Shown: one piece after another, positions 25,651 through 38,178 of the stretch
Position numbering within the stretch: position 1 is the stretch's first letter
Layout of the letters: every line of letters begins with the position of its first letter
From: Nemertoderma westbladi
Lineage: Eukaryota; Animalia; Xenacoelomorpha
Assembly: GCA_032718475.1 (NCBI GenBank)
Contig: JAUCBJ010006674.1
Span: 1 to 64,000 of the forward strand
Length of the DNA: 64,000 nucleotides
Reading direction: 5' to 3'
Position numbers and translations under genes: made by a program
The notes under the pieces: generated by a model
What the model was told of the DNA's origin: nothing
Seen by the model: only the letters and a program-made list of their open reading frames with translations
Database searches by the model: none

Positions 25651-26911
25651 TATTTACAGCAATCTGCATGCGTGTTGTAATTCTGGTCTGATCTAGCTAC
25701 TGCTGCACTACTTTGGTTATGAGTTGAACAAAATTCATTGTCATAGGAACAAAATTCGCTAAAATAGGAACCAAGTTCGTTGTGAATTGGAACAAAATGC
25801 GAATTTATACATTTTAGGAACAAAGTCAATTATTGTAATTCCATAACTCTTCCTATAATTAAATAAGCAATAAGCTTACGAAATAAGTCACTGGTATGTA
25901 GCTATAGAAATAATATTAAATAAGCTAAAATTAAAAAAAATAGTTGGTTATAGGAGGTATACCTTTTGGTCTGCTTCTATAAAATAATGTAAAAAACTAA
26001 AATTGTGTTTGAATAACATAATTTGACAATTATAAATCCTACTTCAGATATTTTTATCTAAGCATGCGAAACCTTAAAGGTAAAAAATACAAAAAATACT
26101 TATAATTATTATTATATTCATTTAGTACATTATAAGATAACCATTATTATAAGTACAGCATATGTAAGTTTAGGAATAACATGAACTCCAGCACAAGGAT
26201 ATGATGATAATAATACGTATAAAATGAATGTACAAGACAGAAATGAATTATTGAGTGGACACAAAATTCAATTTATCTATGAATTCCTCCTTGGTGAATC
26301 CATCTAGTCATTCATCGATTTTAAGGGGGGAGTACACCCCCGCCCCCCCATGTCAAATTTTCAAATATCTGTTTCTTATTTAATCTATGGCAGAATTTAC
26401 TGAGGATTTCAAATCTGAAAACCTCTTATAGTTCTCGAGTTATCGCTGTCTTCCGTATCAGTCAAATTGTAAGACAGTCAGACAACAGACAGACAGACTA
26501 GATTCCACCATACATTAAAATAACGTAATGAAAGTTTTAGCCCGGTGATGTTATTATATCATGCCAGAAATAATTAACAAACCAGACCACAGACAGGCAG
26601 TTTCAGCGGGAAGGTTTAATCTTTGAAGGCAATATTATCTCGGAATGACATTTTTCATTGTTCAAAATACTACTCCGCTATTTTTTAACTAATTTCCTTT
26701 ATTTTTGCCTCATTCGAAAGGGTTTCGGCAGTTCTTTAAAAGTTATCGGTTGGAATTTTTATATTTCTGTTTTTACAGCCAATTTTTCAGATTAAAGCCA
26801 AAAATTTGTTAAAATTTTGCTAAATAATAATAAATATTAATAATCGTTTTTATGTTTTAACATCCATAGATTGTATAAATTATTAAGTAATTTAAACAGG
26901 ACTTAGGATGA

Positions 26912-26995
26912 TCCTCCATGGTGTAGTGCTCATCATACATGAACGTTCATCGGGAGACGCGGGTTCGATCCCCGCTGGTGGCGAATTAATTTTTT
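26912..26995 (+). pseudogene. tRNA-like (Asp/Glu-like) Pol III unit with T6 terminator, enclosed by 17-bp inverted repeats
   Basis: Box A tggtgtagtgc, D-stem gtgt/atac, T-arm gcggg-TTCGATC-cccgc, acceptor stem 5/7 pairs, anticodon arm non-canonical, TTTTTT at 26990-26995. Confidence 0.7.
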
Positions 26996-27439
26996 CCGCT
27001 CCATTTGCTATAGAGTTGGATCATCCTAAGTCCTAAAAGTTGTAACCTATAACTTTTGTGGAGCTCACCCCCGTAATTCGAAAAAAATTGGTTTCAGACA
27101 ATTTCACCTAATATTGAATGACTAGTAGCATTTTAACAGCAAATCTTGTTTCCTTCAATGGGTGCTAGAGGGCGACTGAAAATTTGAACAATATTCGAAA
27201 AAACAAATGTTTAGCCATATTTTAACAGCCCGTACTGTATAAAATCAAAATATTTTAATTTCAGTAGAAATTGTCGACATTTAAAAAAAGTGTTCAGCCA
27301 GGTTTTATAGTTGAATGAATGTTAATAAAACGCCTGCAAATAACAATCTTAGGGTGAAGAAAGTCCACAATGCCCTCTACTATAAACCAGTGACTAAACC
27401 AGTGACTAAATCAGTGACTAAATCAGTGACCGGCCCCAA

Positions 27440-28080
27440 ACCGGTCTTACATTATTATCCCACGCTTTGTATAGCCTCCTACAGCCCTCGGACCTGATAT
27501 TCCAAACTGTGCTCCAGTAAAAACTTGTTTTATACAATTTCTGAATATGTATTAGATTTTCAGGGGAGGCAAAATTAAATTCGTGCCTAAGATTAGCTAA
27601 CTTCCCACGTCTTTCCCAAGGGTACATTTTTGTAATCTAAAGTTATACCCAGATGCGCAGCTTGCTCGACCCAGGGTAAGAATATATTATTAACACGTAT
27701 CATAACTAACAGCGGGTTCCATTTAAAGTACAATGGTATATACATACACTTACTTTTACATTTGTATGGGTTTTGGTCAATACTTAGTCTCAAATTAAAT
27801 TCCACACAAAAATTTGCACATATATCTACGATATACTGTAGACCCACAACAGATGGGTATAATAATAATATATCGTCCGCATATGCCAAACAACCATAAA
27901 ATAAATTAATTACTAATATAACAAACTACTTTAGATGATTTCAGTCTACCAATTAAAACATTTAATACTATACAAAATAGAATGGGTGAAATAACTGATC
28001 CCTGACCCACACCATTATTTATTGAGAAATCATCTGAACATGAAGAACCCTGACATACGAAACGACGTTGTCTACGATAT
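27440..28080 (-). mobile_element. Non-LTR retrotransposon RT fragment
   Basis: GVGQGSVISPILF...LAYADDILLLYPS..GLQ..IC...KSKCM...HLGITL. Confidence 0.8.
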
Positions 28081-28199
28081 ATAAATAAAAGGCATCTTAA
28101 TTATAAAGGGCACTATATATAAATTACAATATAGACTTTATAGTTATTACTATAAAGACTATTAATATATTAAATCAAATTAAATATATTAAATCTATT

Positions 28200-29254
28200 A
28201 CGGGAAACGTCCAGGGAGGTCATAGTGCCCGATGCGACCCTGAAAATGATTTGGAGGGGATTGCTATGCACCTTCCCGGCCGGATTGATAACCCAATACA
28301 GGGACGAGATGGATTCAGTGGTGATGCAGATCCGATTAACAGGCGAATTGCGGTGGGCTAAGCCTGAAAAGGATTCGACTGTTCGAATAACCCCCGACGA
28401 GCCGAACTACCGTCGGATCATTCAACGTCGGTGGTGCATCTGGACATCTCAACTCTACCTGCAAACCCACATCCATGCATTTAAGTATTATTCGAGCGCT
28501 GGAAATCGCCTTTCTATGCTTAACATGGAAATACGAAGTTTTAACAGGGATCATACAGACTTATCAGCTTTAAAAAGCGGTTTTACGCCCAGATTGGATC
28601 CACCGAAATAAGTGATGTACAAAAACTTATATCCCTATATCTCGGAGATAAACTGTGAAGGTTAATCCGTTGCTTCGAGGGAGGCAACTCCGACAGATTG
28701 GTCGAAAGTTTCCCGGATGGTTCCAGACCAAATGGGCCTACAAATGTGTCGATTTACGCCGGCGTCATCTGGAATACGACCCCACGTATTTGGAGATATC
28801 TAGATTCTTCGATGATGTCTCAGAAGCGATGAATGGCTCTATGTTCTCCAAACAGAGTCTGGTGAAGCTGGATGGGGGGGTGGGGGGTGATGGTGACCCG
28901 CTGCCGTTTCCCACACCCAAACCCAGACTCCATGCACCCCTCAACACTATGGCGACATACGGGTCCGACGACGACGATGATGAGGTCGATACAGCAGAAG
29001 AATGGGCCAGTTTCTTTGCTAATTGGGCACCCAAACGGGAAGTAACTTATGATCCACTTATATGTATCTTCTACGGAGAGAAACATGCTGTGGAGTTCTG
29101 CCAAAGGTTTAAATATGCGAAGTTGGTACCCTGTTCCGAGGCAATAATGAAACATCAGGATTGCTTCAAATGTCTAAGCGTCGGACACTATGTGAGGGAG
29201 TGTGATAAGCAAGCATGCTGCGCGATATGTAGCGACTGTAGCGACAATTGCTAG
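28200..29254 (+). pseudogene. Degenerate BEL/Pao gag fragment (different family from the elements at 36.9-62.7 kb)
   Basis: Triple-knuckle remnant CIFYGEKHAVEFC...CFKCLSVGHYVREC...CAIC; frameshifted upstream part. Confidence 0.7.
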
Positions 29255-32200
29255 CCTGCGTTCGTGGGGAAGTCTGGAGGCGGCTGCAGTTCGCTCTCCT
29301 CCGCTCAAACTCCCTTTGTCTGCGTGGTGGCCAGCGACCGTGGAGGGCGCTGGGCTTCGGGGATGGTGCGGGTCTGCGGGGAAATGACCTCGCAGACCGA
29401 TATTAATCCCTGGTGCACCATTTTTTAAATTGTATTGTTTATATTTTTAATTGTATTGTTCTGATTGGTGATGAGAAGAATATATTTTGTTCATATCCAT
29501 AATCTTATTATAGTATTACCATTCCTTCTTGACTCACTTCTTCAATCATTAAATCTATTATACTAATTATAGTTATTATATATTTATTACTTTACAGGGC
29601 ATTATATACAAGATTACAATATAGAGTTTCCTAATTAGTTCTAAAATGTAGTTCTTAGAAAATATTCCAATCCATTTGGTAAGTACTAGGTACCACTAGA
29701 ACTATATAATATATGTTAAAAAGTAGGTTTACATAAAAGTAGGTTTACATAAAAGTAGGTTTACAAAAGTAGGTTTACATATTTATTTTAGTATAATTAC
29801 AGTATATTGTCATAAAACTTAAATTTTGTGGTAACAATATCTCTGACAAGCAACATATTTTCGCAATATGGATTATACTGTATGCCCAAACTACAGTACC
29901 AGAAATGATAACAACTCAAGTATAATTGCTTCCTATACCCAGAGATTACGATATTCTAATTTATCAGAGGAAGTAATTAGTTGGCCTGCTTTATTTGACC
30001 TTGTATACCGGCTGCCACTAAGGCAGCCTCTACCTGAGCGTCCGTTGATTGACGTCCAAGATCCCAGCTTGTCAATTGGGATTTTTTGATCTACCAGAAG
30101 CCCTATGCTGGAAACTCATGGGAATTCACAATATAATTATTGGCCATAGGTGGGATAATGAGGTCCTAATATTGATTATTAACTTTGATTGTATTTTTAC
30201 GAGTTTATTGCATATTATTACTATAGAGTACAAATGCATTATGTTTATCAGTTGAAAAGTAAGAGAGGACTACGGATGCTTGTTACTTGGATTTACAAAA
30301 ATACATGTCCAAGTTTGAAAGTCATACTGTGAACCAAGCACAATTAAATTAAGTTAATGAATAATGGGTTTTCTTCCTCAACAAAGGAGTTTGGTTGAGA
30401 ATTGTCTTGGGGTTGCCATAAAAGTTTCTGATCTTATGATTTTAACACCAAGCAAAATATAATGAAGTCATTTTCTCGTGTATTAGAAAACAGCCATAGA
30501 TATATATATATAAATTTGCATTCAACGATGTTGGACATGGACATATTATATTACAGATATTACATATATACATATTAGAGATTAATTATGTCCAAAAGTG
30601 CAGTTAAAGGCGTGGGTTGTATTTTAGCACTCATTTTTTAAGTTATTTTTATGTATTTCATGTGCTGTAGGCAAATTGCCAATTGGGGTTCGTTTCAGCC
30701 TTGGCATAGGGTTAATGTTAAATTAATATTGAAAGATTTGTGCCTAAAAGTAAACATTTTACTGTAAACTGTGTTCCTAAATTTAGTTTATTGTTTCGGT
30801 TAGAAAAGCTTGCCATCATAACCTGGTACTTTCCTTTAGAAAGTACCTTAAATGGTGAATATCGAAATTAAATATTCGCGAATTTAAGTTAATATGTTAA
30901 AATAGGCTTAAACGACACCACAATTGGTAATATGCATACGGTAGTACTTCATACCTTTGGATTCAAGGCTTCCACTAACTGCATGTATACTTACATGATA
31001 TAAAGTGATACAACCCATTTTATCCATCTATATTATTATTTGTTCTTTACTCTATTTATTACTAATTATCACTCCAGGGCGGATATCATTGTTATTTACA
31101 AGTACTCCAGATTCAAGTACTTGTATGTGATCGTTGTGATTGGTTCAAATTCCACATGATCAAGCTTTCAAGCAATACTGATCTAGTTTAACACCATGTG
31201 CTACTATCTTATGGCAGCAATGTCATTACGTACATTTTGGTTGTACAATGTGTGTGACTCAAGATTCTGACATATGTCGTTATGCTGCAGATGTGTATGA
31301 AAATGATCAATAATTATTGATTGGTCGACCTACCAGTGTCGTCTGAACTGGGTCTGGTCTAGGTGTCATTGTAATGGCTGTGGAACCCCAGCGAATAATG
31401 GGAATGTGTGTTTTTCATGTGTAGCAGAATTGTATATTTTTCTACTACAACAAATGTCAAAATAATAAAATAATAGTTAAATAATATTAATTATAATACT
31501 AGTGAATATATTTAAATATAAATATCCGAGAGCAAAAATAAAGAACTAGTATGTTGTATTCTCAAAGAAATAATTTTCTCTAAAATAAATTCAAAATTCG
31601 CAGTAACCAACGCAAAAATCACATTTTTAATAATTTAGAAGGTTTCAACTCAGCATTGATACCATAACCGTTACTTTGTGGATATGAATTCAAATATATT
31701 TCATGGTATGTATGCAGAACTGGCTACTGCTGCTGCATGAATTGTCTACCTGGTAACACCACCAACAATAGGTTACGTCTCCTCTCCATGTTTGGTGAAT
31801 AGGGATGCACCCAGAACAACATTAGGTAATAAAAAACGTACCTCGTTAAAATTAGGAAGACGTCCCTGTGGCGTTATACTTGAAGTTAATCCCGAGGGAC
31901 TAATAACTTGAAGTGGAGGCCTGATTCCATAGCTAGTACGTACGCAGCGGCTTATCTTAGAATGTATGGGAACATTGATGTAGAGCGTGACCGGGAGATA
32001 ACCAACAAAACCTTCTTAGGAAATATTCCCCACAACGATTAGGGAAGAATAGTTCGGAGCGATTAAACAATAAATCCTCGCCGGCAGTGATGCCCGTCCG
32101 GTTATTGTTGGTGCTGACATTCATTGACAACAGGACACGTCTGAAGTTCCATTAAATAATAACTGCATACATTGTGATCCCAAGAAATTTGTACATGGTA

Positions 32201-32339
32201 AATTGTTAAATAATTTTGTAATTGGCCTTTAGCAACGTTTTATGTCTTCAGTTGTCGAGAATAAAAGTATTGAAAATTACAATTTAACTATAAACAAAAT
32301 TAACCAGGCTGTCCATAATATTATATCTCTCTTAATATA

Positions 32340-32735
32340 GAACTTTTCTGGTAATTTGCGCTCGGTCCAGTCTTTCCATATACGTTTAATGTGTAGGCTA
32401 CTGTAAATGGGTTGACGTAGTTAATGTTCCCCGGATATTGATCTCAGTAATGCTCACCCATGGCATCCTTAAAATTCCCCTGTCTGACAGAATTCCTTTG
32501 CCTGTTTATTCTCGCATGGCAGGGGTCCGTCCCACAGGCTCTCCTATATAATTCTCTATGCGTCGGGTGCACGCATAGTGCACCTGATCTCGTAGAGGGC
32601 GTTCTTAACCGTACATATGCTAGACATTTGTTACATGTGTATCAAATAGTTCCGGTAGTAGACGGCCACAGCTCGGGTTGTAGGTTGGATCCCTGGATCG
32701 AATCAAAAGTTGGCGGAATTTAGTGCCGGTTGTAC
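32340..32735 (-). mobile_element. Penelope-like element GIY-YIG endonuclease remnant
   Basis: Frameshifted TGTKFRQLLIRSR..CTVKNALYEIRCT..NYIGE..R..NSVRQG..AMGEHY..KDWTERKLPE. Confidence 0.65.
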
Positions 32736-33045
32736 ACATAGCAAACGTTATAGGTAGACGCCCAACACCAACACCACCACCCCCCCCCCCCCCCCCCCCC
32801 CCCATCCCCAAAGCCAAGTGTGACATTCCATGACCTCCGACCACCCCGCAAACAGAGGGAGTTGGCACACAATGGTGCAACAGCCAAACTTCTGTCCATC
32901 ATAAACCACATTCGTTGACAGTTAATCCATAATTAAATAACATCGAAATTAGTGTTTACATTATACGATCTACGTATTTTCTCAACAGATTTGTTTGCGT
33001 ATGTGTACAGTAGAACAGTATTGTATGCTATTGGACTAAACTCAC

Positions 33046-33133
33046 TTGATGATTCCTGTAGGTTGGGAACGTCGGCTGCCAGCATAGCTCCATAGGCAAC
33101 AAGGACAACGAACATATACCCATGTTGAACCAT
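33046..33133 (-). CDS. Putative first coding exon (signal peptide) of the cadherin-EGF gene
   Basis: MVQHGYMFVVLVAYGAMLAADVPNLQESS + A|GTGAGT consensus donor in phase 1, matching the phase-1 acceptor at 13117; hydrophobic core. The link across a ~19.9-kb intron is inferred. Confidence 0.55.
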
Positions 33134-35959
33134 AACCAAAGCTTGTACCTATACCAAAGTTTTAGTACAATCCCTTATCAAAATAGTGATAATCATTCAA
33201 TAGTGATAATGTAATTATAATATAATACATATGAGTAATCGATTTGAAGGTGATAGGCTTATCTTAGGAAGCATTGTTACTATATTTAGATACTTGAATA
33301 TAATTTTTAAAAATACTGGCTGTGGATAAGAACATTTAGTTGTATTTTATATTTTTCCATGGGGTCGATAAATGAGTACCAGTTCAATTACTGGGAGCAA
33401 AACTAGGGATGGAGTAGCAATTACCACAATATTTATGGGTATACAATGTATAGCTTTCCTTCCAGAATTATAGTCATTACTTTCAATTTGTGCATGGTTT
33501 AAAGGCATGTTAAAGGCAATGGGCATACGTTTAATTAATTTTTTAAATACAACTAAACTTGATACTTTTTGGTTAAAATTTTTGTATATTTGGAAAATTA
33601 AAGGCCTTCCATTAACTAGTTATTTAATCATAAATCTTAATATATATTTTGTTTAAATAAGATATGTTTATTTATAAAGTCATCTTTCTATATATCGTAT
33701 ATTATAAACAACTATAAGTTAATATTAAGGTACATTTAATTTACTTAATAATTACTCTGGATTAATTAGCTTCGAATCGTAACTAACAACATAATATATC
33801 CGGAGAAAAAAAAGTTAATCTATTATAACTACTCTACTCATCCAACCAACTCTAGATATCTCTATGAAATCTTTATAGCAGCTAAACAGAAGTATGATTT
33901 GATGTACTGAGGTTGCACTGTGGTTATAGAAGATGTCTGCACAAACTTCCAGGTTGAATGAGGAAGTTCCTACCATTCGTACCTGAATCTTCTACAACAC
34001 ACGCCCGTACTACAGTGCTGCAGTACCGTAGCAACCAATGGCTCGGCCCCGCGTAAAGGCAAGAATTGATGAAGCTTTAATATACCTTGATATCTGGTGT
34101 CAGGGGAGGGAGGGCATACATTCCTAGTCGTCCTGCTTGGATAACTTCAATATGATATTTCGTTATCACCGCGGTATGATAATATTGTAAACAACTTTTC
34201 CAAACAACAGAATGGTTATACACCACCCATATGACCTTTTGGATAACGATTTAAATCGTGGTAATAGCTAATCCGTTTAGTATTCGTTTAATGTGTCAGC
34301 AGCAACGCGGTTCATCCATGGTTATATGCGACACACCTAGGCAGATCGTTCACAGATTATCACAGCATTCTACTTCATTTACGATCATAAAATTAATACC
34401 TCTCCGGGCATATACAATGCATATTATAGCCATGAAAATTAACTATATACGTCATTGTTCATAAAAAGTAGCACTTTATAGCGTTACGGTACAAAGCGAG
34501 GGAAATAACAAAACGTAAAAGCTGTAATGTGCTAATGAACAATGCCGAATCTAATTTTATTTATTTGTGTGGAATTATTGTAAATTATTGAAATTTAAAT
34601 AACTGCAGAATAGCATGACTTGTTTGTTAAAAACAACATAATTTATTTATCTCGCGCCAAAGCTGTGTAGAGTGAATAATAATACGCAACATTATAAAGA
34701 GAGCACAGCAATTACCTTACTTTTTGTATAAAGATTTTGATGTATATTCAAACGAAGTTATGTCATTATTTATGTATTATGACGCAGTGGCATAGTGGTA
34801 ATACATCGTAAATATGGGGCGTGGAGCCATACTGAGGAATAATGTCGCACTGCGACATAAAGTGGGAAAATGTATGTCGCCCTGGCGATTTGGTAGTGCG
34901 AAATTAATTCCACACAAATAAATAAAATATGCATATCACTTATCTATCTATATTTGAATGTAATTCCACTTTTCTATATATCTGCATGTATTTTCTGAAT
35001 TTCTCATTACAATATATAATTATAACAATTAATTTTTTTTTAACAAAAAGTACATCGCGATTAAGTGCACCACGTTACGACTTATTCGGTTATATCTAAC
35101 CAAACAATTTTTGAGTTCTGGGTTCGTCTCTAAAAGTAAAACGAGATGTGCTAATACACAAAAAGTGTGGCAGTGTCCAAGTAGATACTGCGCCTAAACC
35201 GCTTTAACAATAGTGTTTGCAGCTCTGGTTCAAATCCGAATAAAAGCTGTTGAAATTTCGCATTGTTGTGTCGAGAAGCAAGACACTTTAGATATTAGTA
35301 CTTACACAAACCCAGCGATACAATGGGGACCTGGATTCTGTTGTGGTAGTAAAGAAAGGGTTGGATAGTTAGAGACTGAACAACCTTGGCAGTTTGTGTG
35401 GCGCCCTTCCTTCGCCTACATTATAGGTAACAGCCAAGAGAGAGGAGACTACGGGATGCCTCTGGTGTTTCTTGTCTCACACATTCACCGACCAATTTAC
35501 TTTTCCCACAAAAATCACTGACAATATGTCATACAGTATATGCTGGGACATTGCTTTTCCACCATAATCCTGTATAAAAAATCAAATATTTTGGGCAAGT
35601 TAGTAATGGACATGTTGAAATATTTGGTGATTGAAAGGATGAGTTTCTTTTATCTTGTAATCAGAAGGACCACCGTGGGTGTGGGTGTGTATGCGTGCAC
35701 TGCAGGTCTTAGAGCATTAACACAGAAAGGGCCACATGGTGAGTGAAGGTGACCAATTGTAATTCTAATTGATAGGCTTGTTTTTTCAATTGTTGGTGTA
35801 GCATCGAATATGCAATCAACGCATTTACATATAGAAGTACACCTCCGTGCAGGCACTACTCCTCCCGAAAGTTAGAGTAATATCCTATATCTTTCATTTT
35901 GCTGGGATATTGATTGACTTTGTAACCTTGGTCAGCTAAGACAAAGGTCAACTAAGGTC

Positions 35960-36870
35960 ACAAGGAATCAGCTAAGAGGCATATCCCCCAGAAACCCAAA
36001 CGAAAACAGTATGTGCCATGGCAAAACTCTGAGGTTACTTGTAAGAGAGAAGATCTTAAGATAGCCTACAAAGTTAAAACCGAACAACCAACAACCGAAA
36101 ACATTAACAAGGTTGAGAAGGCTAAGGACGATCTTAAATTGGCCTACAACATCAGCCAGGAAAAGTACATACAGGATAAAACTGAAGCAATTACAACTGC
36201 TCACATACAGCAACAATCAAGACTTACCTGGCAAACTGTAAATGAGGTATCTGGTCGGAAAAGTTGTGCAAAGGGGCGCCTCAAAGCCGATAGTCCTGAA
36301 GAACGTGTTGGGAAGTGGAAAAATCACTTCAGCAACTTGCTTGGGCAGCCACCAAACATCGAGGTCAGCCCTACAAGGAAAATATATGACAAGACACTAC
36401 CTATAGAAACAGAGGACTTCACACCTGCCGAACTCCAAAGAAGCATTAAAAGCATGTCCAATAATAAACGAGTGGATTAGATGAAATCCCAGCGGAGGTA
36501 TGGACAACCGGAGTGCTAAACAGACCATTATTGAATGTTTGCAACCGGATGTTAAAAGGGGAAAAGCCACCACCAATTTGGACTAAAGGTCAACTAAAGC
36601 CTCTCCCCAAGAAAGGAGACCTCGGCATACCAACAAACTATCGTGGGATCTGTCTGCTTGTGGTAGCTGCCAAAATATACAATAAAATGATTCTATATAG
36701 GATTAGGCCTCACATAGAGAAACTACTGCGTAAGAGCCAAAACGGATTTCGACCAAGTAGATCAACAATAGCTCAGATACTTGCACTACGGAGACTGATT
36801 GAAGGAATTAAGTCAAAGAATCTCCCCGCAGTCATGCACAGCTTCTACTAAATAAAGTGGAGAGGGCTGC
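35960..36870 (+). mobile_element. RTE-type LINE ORF2 fragment, truncated by the LTR element
   Basis: WKNHFSNLLGQPP..PLPKKGDL..NYRGICLL..QNGFRPSRST..LRRLIEG, then an internal deletion to QLLLNKVERAA abutting the LTR at 36871. Confidence 0.85.
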
Positions 36871-38100
36871 TGTTCGCGCTTTCAGACCTTTGGCAGTTTA
36901 ACCCGCCAAATTAGAATGTCTTCTAGATAATAAATCTGCTTTTTAGTCTATGACAAGTATTTGATTCACTACACTAGTCGAAACCAATCCGTGCGCGACC
37001 ATTCACCCGCTGGATATTCCCGGGAGATTGGGTTCGACGGTTTAATTTTTATTGCTATGTAAGCCTAATGTATTATTCGACTGACAGTATTATATAATCT
37101 CTGACAATATTATTCACCTTCGGTAATATTAACAGTTCCTTTAGGACGTGGCGCTTTATCTACATAAACAGAGTTATGACTTAAACTACTCGCAACGATA
37201 TGGCTTAATTATAATCCACATATATGGCGCATTCTTTAGGAATTGCTTCTTTAACAGACTCACTCATACACTATGCTGCACAATACTGCACACTAATCTG
37301 CCAATCTTCACTGATTTTAGTCACATATAAAAGGAACACAGGCTGACTCATGTAGGGTCTATCAAATAACATTAGATTCACTTCAAACCACTTTAACATA
37401 AGTCACAATCGTTATTGGTAACCTTTCTCTCTTACCTTCGGTATATCAAGAATATTGGGTTGCGGGGTTATTTATCGTTATTCCAAATATAATTATTCAT
37501 CAACCATATTATGAAGAACTGACAGCAAATAGCAGTATAAAACAACAAGTCAGTACCGGTATGTCAGTGCACATAGGCATGAGATATTCAAGTAGTCAGT
37601 TGTTTTGAATATATCAATCAGTTAAAGGATATATGCCCTTTATAATTAAACCTACCAGTGTACGACTAAAAAGCAGTACAGCACAAAATATTTCTAAGCC
37701 GTTCTTTCTTTGGCTCAAGACTGAATGTAAGCACTGCACATAGGCATTGCGTCATTTCTCGGAAATTCTCTGTACAAGGAGCCACAAAAACGCTCTCATT
37801 GGCTGACTGAACTGAGAGACGCCGTAGAACAAAGGAAATCAACACGTATGAATGTCAGCTGTTAACCGTAGTCATAGTAACTACTGTTCAAGAGTAGCTA
37901 TCACCCTTTTGCGTCACGAATTGCCATAGAATCATAAAATATACCTTTCACAGTACACATACGGAGGAAATAGGTCTTAGATCCTCTAAAAACACAGATA
38001 CAGCAATAATACGGTCTCTTACACTTATTAAATCAACTACGGAGTATTTTAATGTAAAAGATAATAAAAATAACGGGGCAATTCAGCAAAGGCTTTTACA
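36871..38100 (-). repeat. 3' LTR (1230 bp) of the inverted copy
   Basis: Minus strand begins TGTAAAAGC and ends GAAAGCGCGAACA, like the 1235-bp LTRs; preceded by aatcccattttctgggagcgg. Confidence 0.88.
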
Positions 38101-38178
38101 CCGCTCCCAGAAAATGGGATTTTCAGTCTATAAAATATAAAAATCACAGTTTCTAAAACACAAAGATACTCTAAACAG

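Noticed and set aside
26912-26983. Functional tRNA gene
   Set aside because: Anticodon stem cannot form canonically and the acceptor stem has two mismatches
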